Assembly (NCBI RefSeq): GCF_030144855.1
Contig: NC_082722.1
Span: forward strand, 19,282,001 to 19,346,000
DNA: 64,000 nucleotides
Source: Hypanus sabinus
Lineage: Eukaryota
Reading direction: 5' to 3'
Shown one piece after another: positions 51,102 to 64,000 of the stretch (its first letter is position 1; every line of letters begins with the position of its first letter). Position numbers and translations under genes: made by a program. Below the pieces are notes generated by a model, which was not told where the DNA came from, did no database searches, and saw only the letters and a program-made list of their open reading frames with translations.

Positions 51102-51976
51102 ATGTTTTCTTTCACTAAATGGCAGAGTGGTTCGGTGAGTGCGTGGTTTTCAGATAAACGGGTCGCATAAACAAATCATAAGTAGTCACTCAGAATTCTT
51201 GAAATTAATCTTCAATATTGACACGCATATATAGTCCCCCAGGAATGTCCTCTCGGCCAGGGGTGCGCGAATAAGCACAAAGGCAGACATTTCCTCTGTA
51301 TCTACTCGGACTTCAATAATCTGTTCGAAACTGTTCAATCTGATTGCCTTCCCAGCACAATAGCCAGGAATGTCGACCAATTATCGCACATTTTCAGTTA
51401 CAGTATCCAGAAAATTTCTGTATTATAAAGACATTTTCCTTGCTCGGAAACAGCAGGTCCCAAAATCTAGATTTCTGTAACAATACCAACACTATACGAA
51501 GGCAGACATTGCTGAATATACGCTTAAAACTCCTCTTGCATTAACTTACTTTCCCCCAAAACTGTGTTGTGTGGTACGTGACATGTCCTCGTGTTCTATC
51601 GTCCAGGGCTCAGGATCTACCTTTATTCTGGTGCCCCAGTGCTTCAAATTTATAATGGACAAACTCAGGAAAAGTATTATTTTTTTATTATTTCGAGTTG
51701 GTAAAGTCAAGCAAGCTAATTTCTGAACTGTTACCAAAACTCAAACTGGTGTTTAGAATTGTGGCTTTCTGGAGATTTCTATAAATACTGCTTTGTAGAC
51801 CTGATTGTTTATTGCTTTTACCTTATGATTTTGGTATGATATCAGTTGTAGATATCACTATTTGGACAAGGTATACCCTGTTCATGTTCCACAGTCTTTC
51901 AATTTTCTCTTTTAATTTCAGGTGATTTTTACTCATCGATTTCTTATATTGTGTGTCTTTGGACTGGCTATATCAA
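51102..51976 (+). CDS. Duplicate two-exon signal peptide (51102-51134; 51922-51976)
   Basis: Copy of 9834-10708 with one M>I change. Confidence 0.55.
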
Positions 51977-52363
51977 GTAAGTAGGTTCTTTTTGCTTGTT
52001 TATCCTATAATATTTATATGCGAAATGTTATTATAAATTGTCCCATCTCTAATAATGGATTAACTGTATTATAGCTTTGTGAGACTCTGACTCTCAAACT
52101 GAACCAGACACACGTTTATCGCAAGGAAAGTTTCCACTACTGAGTTTGAAATATTAAGCAAGATTTTGGTAAAGAATGCTTGCCACCTAATTGTGCCTGT
52201 CTGAGTAATCGGATTGACTTCAACTGTGGCAATGTGCTGTAATGAGTTAGGTAGTTTCTGGCTTCCCTTGGCCTTTCTGCCTGCATCATCTGACAATTTT
52301 CAGTGGTTTCTATTCTGTATTTTTGATAATTTTTTGAGTGAACCACCTGGTCCAGCATGCCAC

Positions 52364-53139
52364 TGTTATGGTTCAATGCGGAGCACGCAATCTGTGTCTT
52401 GGTCCGGTCCGCTGACTCTGGGCTCCGGGTCTCATAGCCATCCCTCCTTTCACCCTGAGGCCAAAATGGGATCGTCCTGGCTTAAGGAGGCGCACCCGAT
52501 GCCTATCAGCTGGCAGGTGTATATAAGGGGCTCTGGCAGTGAGTCCAGTTGCGGTTCGTTCTGTTTGTCTTGTACGCGCTGGTCCCGCTGTTCCGTCTGG
52601 TTCGCCTCGTTCGTGCTGTCCCGTTGTTGCGCTGTTCGCCTGTCTCTCCCGTTTAGACCTGGTTGTCCTGTTTGCGCTGGTCGCCCGATTTATCCAGTTC
52701 CGACCTGTTCGTCATGTTTGCCCAACTTGCGCTGTTCTCCCGGTTTCGTGCTGTTGGACCTGATCGCCCCGGCTTGGAGTACCCACCGTTAATCATCTAG
52801 TTCTGTGAGTCACTCAGAGTATCTCAGGACCGAGCTCCCTTCCTATCCATTGCCTCCGTCGGGTAAGCCCGGCCGGACTGCCGTTGCCCGGCGGGGAAAT
52901 CTGCCATTTCCTAACCCTCGCTTCCGACGGGTTGTGCCCCGCAACCTGCCCAGGTGCCACGCGATCTGCCCAGGTGCCACGCGATCTGCCCAGCCCCTTG
53001 TGTTCCTGCCTGGGAGGCCGGGCGCTGCCCAGGAGTTATGCGACCTGCCCAGGGGGCAATCCTCCCAGAATTCCTTGTCCCACAGACCCATCCTCTAGCC
53101 TAGTCAAGATCCGGCCTTGCCAGGAACTCCGGGATCACA
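52364..53139 (+). mobile_element. Solo-LTR-like element (duplicate)
   Basis: Copy of 11096-11873. Confidence 0.5.
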
Positions 53140-56047
53140 GTCCCTCACGCGCTCGACGGTCTCCCCATCTTAAAACGTAGAACATAGAAAAGTATAGCAC
53201 ATGACAGGCCCTTCGGCCCACAATGCTGAGCCGACCCTCAAACCCTGCCTCCCATATAACCCCCCACCTTAAATTCCTCCATATTCCTTTCTAGTAATCT
53301 CTTAAACTTCACTAGTGTATCTGCCTCCACCACTGACACAGGCAGTGCATTCCACACAGCAACCACTCCCTGAGTGCAAAACCTTCCTCTAATATAGCCC
53401 TCGAAATTCCCTCCCCTTACCTTAAAGCCATGTCCTCTTGTACTGAGCAAGAGGCGCTGGCTATCCACTCTGTCTATACCTCTTATTATCGTGTACACCT
53501 CTATCCTCTCATCCTCCTTCTCTCCAAAGTGTAAAGCCCCATCTCCCTTAATCTCTGATCATAATCCATACTCTCTAAACCAGGCAGCATCCTGGTAAAT
53601 CTTCTCTGTACCCTTTCCCATGTTTCCAGATCCTTCCTATAATGAGGCGACCAGAACTGGACACAGAACACCAAGTGTGGCGTAACTAGAGTTTTATAGA
53701 GCAGCGTCATTACATCGCGTCTCTTAAGCTGTATCCCTTGACTTATGAAAGATAACGCCTCATAAGCTTTCTTAACTACCCTATCTACCTGTGAGGCAAA
53801 TTTCAGGGATCTGTGGACATGTACCCCCAGATCACTCTGCTCCTCCACACTACCAATTATCCCGCCATTTACTTTGTAGTGTGCCTTGGAGTTTGTCCTT
53901 CCAAAGTGTATCACATCACAGGTTTTTACCCTCTAAACAAAGTTTCTCTCTCTGGTGGTGACGAATCTCTGATTTTTTTCCACTTCTGAGTACAGTGGAA
54001 GGAATAGCTTCGGGGGGGGGGGGGGGGCGCATACTTAAGGCAAAATAGGTTTATTTCATGAAATGGCTGGGGACTTGTCAATGATATAGCAGATGTTTGA
54101 ACATGTCAGTCATTATCTGCTTGAATGACCGGACAGAAGAGGGAGGTGGAATGTCTTCTTCCCAATCTTAATCTGAAATTTCTTAGTTGTATTTTTTCCG
54201 CTGATAACCCCCTAAAATAAATCATAAGAACGTCGAAGACGAAGATGAACGCTGATCTTGTCAACTCATACAAATGATATTGATTGACATTCTTTGTCTG
54301 GATGCAAGAAATAAAACGAAGCAATGCCTCGGTCTGCACTAATTGATAGTCTACAGCTCCAAACTGTCCTTGGATTCTCAGCTTCAAAGTTCCTTTGATT
54401 TATTTACATATGCGTACAATGTATGTTGGTTTTGATATTTAGATGCTGAGGTGTTCTTGGAATCGGGAAGCTGCACAGCAGCGTAAGGCAGTTTGTCAGC
54501 TCCATTTTATTTCATCTGTGAAAAGATTTCAAAATCTGTGGTTAATCGAGAATCCTTTGAACACATTGAATCAAAAAGTGTAAAACAGATTAGTGATGCA
54601 CTGATAAGTTATCAATTTTAGATTTCTGCTGTTTTACACAAAGTTTCTGTCAAGATTTTTTCAAAATTTCCATTTTTGATTCATATGGTATTACACCTCC
54701 AGGAGTCTGTGTTATCCCACTGAACAATGAGCGTTTTTTTTTCCTTACTTGAAATAAACCTCAACAAAATCAAGTTGGGAGAGTCGGTAACTACTTGGAG
54801 CAGCAGGTATATAGAAAATATTTCGCTAACTCAAAATACTAGTGCATTTTTGTGTTATATGTGTCTGATTGCTGCAAACTCTTCAGTCTATAGATCTTAC
54901 GCTGTTTCCTCAGTCACACTTGCCAAAATAACTTCAAATGCACACAGCCACTGTCATCGGTGGATGGCGCATACTTTGTTCATTCATGCTCTTGTGTTAC
55001 TATTTTGTCACAAGTCGGTATTTCCATGAATAACTCTAATGTTCGGTTTGTTCAGTGATCCTCGATTATTATCAGATATTAGTGATCATTATGGAGCTGA
55101 TAATGGGCTTGGAAAAGATGACATTCCAAGTTTCATGCTTTTTAGTCCTTCCTCGTTTGCAAATTACATACGAAATTAAATTCATAAAAGCGAGGGGAAA
55201 ATATAATCTCGAGGGATCCTGCAGATGCTAAAAATCTTGAGAAATGCAAAATATTGCTGATGCAATTCATTAGGTAAGGCAGCATATATGAAGTTAAATA
55301 AACTGTCGATTATTCTGACCGAAACGCTTTATCAGGACAGTAAAGGAAGGAGTCAGAAGCCAGATCAAGAAGGTGGGGAAGGAATACAAGATGTCAGCTG
55401 ATAGGAGGAATCAGCTTGGTAATAAGCAGGAGACAGTGGAGCCTGGAAGAAATGGAAGGATTGGAGGCGATGGGCAGATGGGGAGAAGAGAAGAGTTGAA
55501 CGGTGAGCCAGAATTGGGAATAGAAAAAAAAGAGAAGGGGGATGATGAAATAGTTCAAAATTTGCAGAGATCAACGTTCACACCGTCAGGATGGAGTCCA
55601 CCCGTATGGAAGAAAATGGTGATGCTATATCGATGGTGTTCAGTTGTAAATGGTAACACGATCATTTTCGGTGAAAAGGGGTGTGCTCTAGCGCAGTCTG
55701 CATTTTGGTAGAACATCAAAGGGCTGCGCAGGTTTATAAAGCAGCCTCCTTTGGGATATTATGTTTTGAGTGGCACGGTAGTGTAGCGGCTATTACAGTC
55801 CTGACTAAATTGTTTGTTTGTACGTTTTCCCATAACCGTATGATTTACTTCGGGCGCTCTGACCTGCTCGACATTCCAAAGGAGAACGGCTGAGTATGCT
55901 AATTTGTCACATGGGTGTAACTGAGCGTTACGAACTAGTTGGGCCTCACGGCTCAGTTACAATGCTATATCTCAAAACCAAATTCAAATGTTATTCACAT
56001 TAACATGTCTGCTTTACCTGAGATTAGATAATACGCAGTTCTTGCCG

Positions 56048-56828
56048 TCAATCTTTGCGAAATCCTTTGCTCTCCCTCATATTTAGTGATTCATAGGCAG
56101 TGGCGTGCTCAACAGCTACTTGATCATCCTGCTAGAAGAACACATTTAATACTGCTAACTGGTACATAGGTTAGTTTAATTCGAAACTTAATTAGGAAAC
56201 GATTGAGAAAGAAAGAATGTTCACTGTAATCAAGTAATCTGAAAATTACTCCCTTTTTCCGTGTTTGGGAAGCTGTTCTGTGATTGTTCTTAACCAGATT
56301 TCATTGACAGACATATATCATTTGGAAACGGTTCCATCTTTCCATCAGCGCTAGAGATTCTGAACATGTTCAAAATTTAGAGTGCACAAAATGCAGAAGC
56401 GCAACGGATTAGAAACATGCTGATACCCAGAGGTACACAGAAAATCCTGGAAGAACTCCGCCGATCAGGCACATCTAAAATATCGACGTTAAATGGCGAG
56501 ACCCAACATCATGACTTCATCAAGACACCAGCTTACCTTGCTCCAGGATGTAGCTGAAACAGGCAGGCACCGTGAGGGAGACATGCGACACCAGACAGAT
56601 GTAAACATCTTTTCCCCACCCAGACTGATTAATTTCCAAAAATCTGTAAGCCTTGTATAAACCCTCCGCTGTCCGGTTTATCACAGTTTCTCTTCATCTG
56701 CGGATTTGCCTGTTTTTTTTTGCCAGACGATTTCTAATTCCTTCGGGTAGAAGGCAGCTGTTTTACAGAGGAGCTGCCGTGTAGCCGTATGATCTTCAAT
56801 AGGAACGATTTCCAATGGCTTGGGGGAG
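56048..56828 (-). pseudogene. Pseudogene A2 (duplicate of A1)
   Basis: Same lesions as A1. C1 exon 56828-56537, terminal exon 56128-56048. Confidence 0.88.
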
Positions 56829-59800
56829 CTGAAACAAAAGGATATATATTGGGTGTTTACCAACCATTTAATTAAAGTAAATTCTTATATTTTCCCGCCA
56901 ATTCAATTATATCTCTCTAGCAAATTAGTTACCCGCCATAGGTTACCGGCATTTTATATATTATTTTAATTTCAAGCTCAAGTTCATAGTTATTAAACCA
57001 GAACCCCAAATTATGATAGATTTCCACGGTCCGAAAAAAATAAGCTCTTGCATAGATTTTTAATAGTCTGGAAACTCAGTTGTTCAGGCAGTTTTTCAGA
57101 GCTTTTGTTGGAGCTTTCTAGTCATCTGCATTCACTGATAGAGCTTTCCTCGGAATGTAAATCACTGCTGGAAAATTTCTCCGTATTTAATGTGTTGAAT
57201 ATGGACAATCGTACCCTCCATAAAATATCTAAGAACGCAAATGCGAAGCTGATATTAATCGCATTTATTCTACATTACAATTCTTTCATACACCTGTCGG
57301 CTTCCATCGAAATGTTTGATAGTGACCTTGCACTGATATACGAACGCTGATGCCCTGCAGAGAGACAATCCCGGAGCTGAACGAACTCCGCTTTTCCCTG
57401 CAGAGATTTCACTCAAACTTGAACCCAAAGTTCACAGTTTTGTAAATGTGGTCTGCTTCCGCTACAGCTATGGTCCTTATCTAACTTAGGAAAGTCTATC
57501 GTCAAATTCCTTTATCAATGTGTCACAACATTTAGCGTTTCGCTCTCTGCCTACAATGGTCATCCTGAGCTCACGGTTGCCCGCACAGCACTGCCACAGA
57601 CCATATACGGATTGCAGTTATTTGTGTACTTGTTGCTGTAAGGCAAATTAGTTTGTATAAGTCCTCAGGGTCCGAGATAGAGTCACATTCGACCTTTTAG
57701 GGAAGCTTGTGCAGAATTTTAAGGTGCCTTGATAGAGGTATTCGAAATGTCCTTATCCTCGGGTGAAGTGCTGGAGAACTAGATATGACTAATGTTTTAT
57801 AGTTGTTCAAGAAAGGCTCCAAGAATACGCGGGGAACTTATAAGATGGTGAGCCTGACGCTTGTAAAAGTAATTTATTGGAAATATTCCAAGTGACAGGA
57901 TACATAACTATTTAGATAGCAGCAGGAATAGCCATCAAGATTTTGTGCATGGTCAGCAGTGTCCAGCTTTACTTTAAGAGATTTTCGAGGAATTTACCCG
58001 GGATTATATTGAAGGAAATGCAGTGGATGTTATCTAAATGGCAAACCCCTCGGCAAAGACCGGAATGTGAGTCTGATCAAGAAGGTTCGGTAGGCATTCA
58101 GGATAAAGTAGTAAAATGTATTTAACAGTCGCTTGGCATGAAAGCCAGGGAGTGGAAGTAGACGGTTTTTCTCTGACTGCAGGGCTGAAAATAGAGGTGT
58201 ACCATGGGGATCGGTACTGTTTTCGTTGTTTGTTGTTCATCTATATTTATAATTTGTGCGTTAATGAATTAAACTGGTTCATGAAATTTGCAGACCTGGA
58301 CAGTGGGGAACGCTTTGAGTGGAATATGGCACAGCTGTAACAACGGTCTGTGAAATAACAGCTGGAATTTATTCGCTTTAGGGCGAAGCGTCTTCGGTAC
58401 AGGGGCGAGAAAGGACCCCTCCCACAACACAGGAACCCTCTGGAAACTCAGGCTCAGGTTAAAGACAAAACGACCTTTATTTAAAATGCTTAATGAAACG
58501 CATTTTGTGTGTAACGCATCCTCAGTGATTCTCCGAAGCATTTTTAACCGTGATTTCGTTCTCCAATTCTGAAATGAACCAAAGTTAGAAACCAAGGTTC
58601 AATATCACGTCTGGCTTTTGGCGAATAAGGTTTACCGGTAGTTTACCGTTTGTTGTATGGCTTGCTACGAGAGGAATGTTTCTAAATAGATTGCAAAAAA
58701 TCAAAGCGATAGAATTGGGGGAGAAGGGTGGTGCGGATCTATCGTCGTGACAGCGTAGCAATCAGAAATGGCGCCCTCTCCAGACCGTCGTAGAGATAGA
58801 AAACATTTGCTTGGGACGATGCAGAGAAATTTTCAAGTTTGCAGATATTGAAAATCCCTGAACCTGTTATCGTTCATGTTATTGTTTTTATTTACTTTGT
58901 TCATTAGACTGTATTGATTTTCATGTATTAATGTAGTACACATGTCCTTTTTTATCAGTGTCAGAGAGCACATTTTTTTTTTTTGCAAAGTGCATTATCC
59001 AGTGCGAACAACTAATGATACAAGTTTAAAACCGTGTGGGACGTGGAATTAAAATGTGTGGCCAGTGGGAGATCCTAATTTATCTGGAGTACAGAGCGTA
59101 GGTGTTTAGCCAAACGGTCTCTCATTCTGCCTCAGGTCTCACCAATATATAAAGGCCGCATCGAGAGCACCGGACGCGTAGTTCCACATCCCACTCCCAT
59201 TCTGATATGTCTATCCATGGCTTCCGCTTCAGTCAAGATGAAACCACACTCAGTTTAGAGGAACACCACCATATATTCCGTCTGAGTAGCCTCCAACCTG
59301 ATGGCAAAACATTCCGTTTATGCCCAACACGACTTCTTAACCGATCCCCTATGTGTTTATTTGTATGTTTGTGAGTTTACGTATTTATTATTTTCCCTTT
59401 TTTCTTCTTTACTCTCTCTCTCTCTCTCCTCTGCTCTGTCCCTCCTACGATCACTCCTTGCATGCTCTCCATCTCCCTCTGGCGCTCCCTTACCAATTCT
59501 TCTCCCTGGGCCTCCCGTATTCTGATCTTTCCCCTGCTCCAGTTGTGTATTCCTTATGCCAATCTACTTACAGCTTTTAGCTTCTGCTGTCTTCTCCTAT
59601 AAATTCGGATCTCACCCTCTCCCTCCCACTTTCAAACTCTTACTATCTCTTCTTTCAGTTGGTCCTAACGAAGGATCTCGGCCCGAAACGTCGACTGTAC
59701 TTCTTTCTGTAGATGCTGCATGGCCTGTTCTGTCACACCAGCATTTTGTGAGTCTTGCTTGGTCTACTCTTGTGACGTTGCCCTTCAGAGCAATGACAAA

Positions 59801-62259
59801 CGGCTATTTGTGTTTTAATGAGTAGATGAAGAAATGAATAAGAAAGATAAGAGTGCAAACATATGCCAACTACGAACAACAAATAACTGTGCATCTTTAC
59901 TTAAAAGTAAATATCTAAACAAAATCTAAAGTTGGAAAAATAGTCGAGATTTTTCCATTTCTTCAAATCTTCAAATCTATATTTCCTTCGGTTGAAGTGA
60001 ACAAGAATAGCTGTTCAGTTAGCGGCTTTTACTCTGTAAACAAAGTTTCTCTCTCTGGTGGTGACGAATCTCTGATTTTTTTACATCTTCTGAGTACTGT
60101 GGAAGGAATAGCTTGCGGGGGGGGGGCATACTATGGCAAAATAGGTTTATTTCATGAAATGGCTGAGGACTTGTCAATGATATAGCAGACGAAAATATGG
60201 TTGAACAGGTCAGTCATTATCACCTTGAATTACCGGACAGAAGAGGGAGGCGGAATGTCTTGTTCCCAATCTTATTCTTAAATTTCTTAGTAATATTTTT
60301 TTCAGCTGATAACCCCCTCAAATAAATCATAAGAACATCGAAGACGAAGATGAACGCTTATCTTGTCAACTTGTACAAATGATATTGATTGACATTCTTT
60401 GGCTGGATGCAAGAAATAAAACGAAGGAATGCCTAGGTCTGCACTCATTGATAGTCTACAGCTCCAAACTGTCCGTTGGTTCTCAGCTTCACAGTTCCTT
60501 TGATATATTTAGATATGCGTACAATGTATGTTGGTTTTGATATTTAGATGCTGAGATATTCTCGGAATCGGGGAGCTGCACGGCAGCGTAAGTCAGTTTT
60601 GTCAGCGCCATTTCCTTTCATCTGTGAAAAGATTTCAAAATCTGTGTTAATCGAGAATCCTTTGAGTTGAACACATTGAATCAAAAAGTGTAAAACAGAA
60701 TAGTGATGCACGTGTAAATTATCAATTTCAGATTTCTGCTGTTTTACACAAAGTTTCTGCCAAGATTTTTTCAAAATATCCCTTTTTGATTCATATGGTA
60801 TTACAGCTCCAAGAGCCTGTGTTATCCCATTGAACAACGAACGTTATTTTCCTTACTTGAAATAAACTTCAAGAAAATCAAGTTGGGAGAGTCGGTAACT
60901 ACTTGGAGCAGCAGGTATATACAAAATATTTCGGTAACTCAAAATACTAGCGCATTTTTGTGTTATATGTGTCTGATTGCTGCAAACTCTTCAGTCTATA
61001 GGTCTTACGCTGTTTCCTCAGTCACACTTGCCAACATAACTTCAAATGCACACAGACACTCTCATCAGTGGATGCCGCATACTTTGTTCATTCTTGCCCT
61101 TGAGTTACTATTTTGTCACAGTTCGGTATTTCCATGAATAACACTAATGGTCGGTTGGTTCAGTGATCCTCGGTTATTATCAGATATTAGTGTTCATTAT
61201 GGAGCTGATAATTTGCTTGGAAAAGATGACATTCCAAGTGTCATGCTTGTTAGTCCTTCCTCGTTTGCAAATTACATACGAAATTAAATTCGTTAAAGCG
61301 AGGGGAAAATATAATCTCGAGTGATCCTGCAGATGCTAAAAATCTTGAGAAATGCAAAAATTTGCTGATGCAATTCATTAGGTAAGGCAGCATATATGAA
61401 GTTAAATAAACTGTCGATTTTTCTGACTGAAACGTTTTATCACGACAGTAAAGGAAGGAGTCAGAAGCCAGAAAAAGAAGGTGGGGAAGGAATACAAGAT
61501 GTCAGCTGATAGGAGAAACCAGCTTGGTAAGAAGGTGTGTGGATGATGGGGGATGGAATGACGTGGCGGCTGGGAGGTGATGAGTGGAAAAGGTAAACGG
61601 TGCAAGAAGGAATCTGATTCGAGGATATAGTGGATCCTGGAAGAATTGGAAGGAGTGGAGGCGATGGGCAGTTGGGGAACAGTGAAGAGGTGAACGGGTG
61701 ACAGAATTGGGAATAGGGAAAAAAGAGAAGGGGAAGATGAAATAGTTCAAATGTTGGAGAGATCAACGTTTATGCCGTCAGGATGGAATCCACCCGCAGG
61801 GAAGAAACTGGTGATGCTATAACGATGGTGTTCAGTTTTAAATGGTAACAGGATCATTTTCGGAGAAAGTGGGTGAGCTCTGGCGCAGTCTGCATTTTGC
61901 TATAACGTCAAATGTCTGCTCAAGTTTATAAAGCAGCCTCCTTTGGGATATGTATGTTTTGCGTGGCACGGTACTGTAGCAGTTATTACAGATCCAGGTT
62001 AAATTCCCATCCCGGACTAAATTTTTTGTTTGTACGTTTTCCCATAACCGTATGATTTACTTCGGGCGCTCTGACCTGCTCCACATTCCAAAGGGGAACG
62101 GCTGAGTATGCTAATTTGTCACATGGGTGTAACTGAGCGGTACGAACTAGTAGGGTCTCACGGCTCTGTTACAATGCTATATCTCAAAACCAAATTAAAA
62201 TGTTATTCACAATAAACTGTCTGCTTTACCTGAGATTAGATAATACGCATTTCTAGCCG

Positions 62260-62851
62260 TCAATCTTTGCGAAATCCTTTGCTGTCCCTCATATTTAGTG
62301 ATTCATAGGCAGTGGCGTGCTCAACAGCTACTTGGTTAACCTGCTAGAAGGACACATTTAATACTGCTAACTGGTACATAGGTCAGTCACCATGAACATA
62401 AAACTAATCATAGAAAAGGATCAAAAACGGTTCGAATGACATTTAGTCTGCGTGGAAAGATATTGCCCGTATATTATACCGGAAGTGGGATACCAAATCC
62501 ATTTCAGGCTGTAAATCGCTACCATTACTTTAGATTTCCAAACAAGAAGTTAGAACCTTCCTATCTTCTCAGTTTTGGCCATTTCTTTTGCTTCATCTCC
62601 GTTGTCATATCCCTTACGTACCCTTAATTTTGGACATGAACTTTATCCCATTCTTTTGTCTTACGCACCATGTCAAATAATTTTAATGACCAGATTTCGT
62701 CCCCGTGGTGCAATTAGAAACTGTGCCCCTTAAAACTCGCATTATTTGATTTAAGAAGATTAGAACAAATGGCAAGACCTGATGTGCTTACGCAACTAAA
62801 AGAGCAAATATGGGAGAGGCATCTTACACGCTGTTGAGCTGATCGGTTTTG
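62260..62851 (-). CDS. 3' exons of the second copy of gene B (terminal exon 62340-62260; micro-exon 62851-62828); the rest is predicted beyond the window
   Basis: Identical coding sequence and splice sites to 21077-20997 and 21588-21565. Confidence 0.7.
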
Positions 62852-64000
62852 CTGGTGAATCAAGTAAATTACAATGAAATAAGTAGACCAGTTGGACATG
62901 CTCGTTATAGTAAATCGTTAAAATAGCATTTGTCTGGCTGAAGTAATTACAAAGCATTCCAAGGGAATGAAGCAACAGTAAATAAAACATAATCTTGAAA
63001 TTTCCAGCTTCAACTTAGATGTTACTGTCATGTGCAGTCCTTCATTTCGGGAAGTTCTACGAGCACTGATGGATGTATTACCGAATTCTACTATAATGAA
63101 GCCAGTATTATATACGAAAACATTGTTTTGGTGATGTCGAAAGTTGCTGCAGCAACTATCGTTACGTAAATAAAAATATGCTCTAAAATTGGGAAGGTGC
63201 TTAATGGAACACAAGCAGACGTTTTCAGTTGTCGACAGATGGGTATACAACCGATACACATTTTTAAATGCTTACAGGAGAATCCAGGTGCGACAAATTA
63301 AATATCATTGAACCGCTGGAAATTTAAAGTAAATGGACAAATAAAACATATGGTCGACCAGGGAACACGAGAGCAAAGAGAAACAGTTAACATTTATGTT
63401 GCAAACACGGGGAAATCTGCAGATGCTGGAAATTCAAGCAACACACACAAAATGCTGGTGGAATGCAGCAGGCCAGGCAGCATCTATAGGAAGAAATACA
63501 GTCGACTTTTCGGGCCGACACCCTTCGTCAGGTCTACCTGAAAGAAAAGATAGCAAGGGATTTGAAATTAGCAGGGGAGGGGGAAATCCGAAATGATAGA
63601 AGACGGGAGGGGTGGGGTGAAGCTGAGAGATGGGAAGGAGATTGGCAAAAGGGATGCAGAGCTGGAAAGGATCATGGGATGCAAGGCTTAGGGAGAAAGA
63701 AAGAGGGAGATGGAGAATAGGCAACGAGTGATGGGCAGAGAGAGAGAGAGAAACGAAAGGAAGGGAGGGAAAGTTAATAAATCAGGGATGGGGTAAGAAG
63801 GAAAGGAGGGGCATTAATATTAATTCCGTTAATGCCCCCTCACTATCTTGCCACATCACTGATTTATTAATTTTTCCCTCCTTTCCTTTTCGTTGCTCTA
63901 TCTGGCCATCACTCTTTGCCTGCGCTCCATCTCCCTCTATTGCTCCCCTCCTCTGTTTCTTTCGCCTTAGACCTCCCAGCCCATGATCGTTTCCAGCTCT

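Larger units (their letters stand above)
41284..64000. repeat. Segmental tandem duplication, copy 2 (matches 1-22737)
   Basis: Same as copy 1. The unit length is about 41.27 kb. Confidence 0.98.

Noticed and set aside
1-64000. CRISPR arrays, rRNA, tRNA or prokaryotic systems
   Set aside because: No repeat-spacer arrays or RNA-gene structures were seen. The only tRNA-like motifs are SINE heads.

Overview
Eukaryotic, AT-rich vertebrate DNA. The repeat content (CR1, Penelope-like GIY-YIG fragments, V-SINE-like SINEs, Rex/Babar, L1, Gypsy) suggests a cartilaginous fish, probably a ray; this is inference. The window holds about 1.55 units of a ~41.27-kb near-identical tandem duplication (1-22737 recurs at 41284-64000). 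Each unit carries a minus-strand immunoglobulin-superfamily receptor gene, which I assembled by hand from splice sites: leader, germline-joined VJ-type V domain, C1-set domain, TM with Arg, and a cytoplasmic tail with TxYxxL. One complete open copy lies at 32820-20997 (292 aa, or 300 aa with a 24-nt micro-exon). Each unit also has a pseudogene paralogue (broken C1 exon plus terminal exon; V and TM absent), a 49-nt relic of a third C1 exon, and duplicated plus-strand signal-peptide exons with no visible downstream Ig exon. No RSS, RNA genes or CRISPR arrays were found. All alignments and counts were made by eye; no database searches were run.
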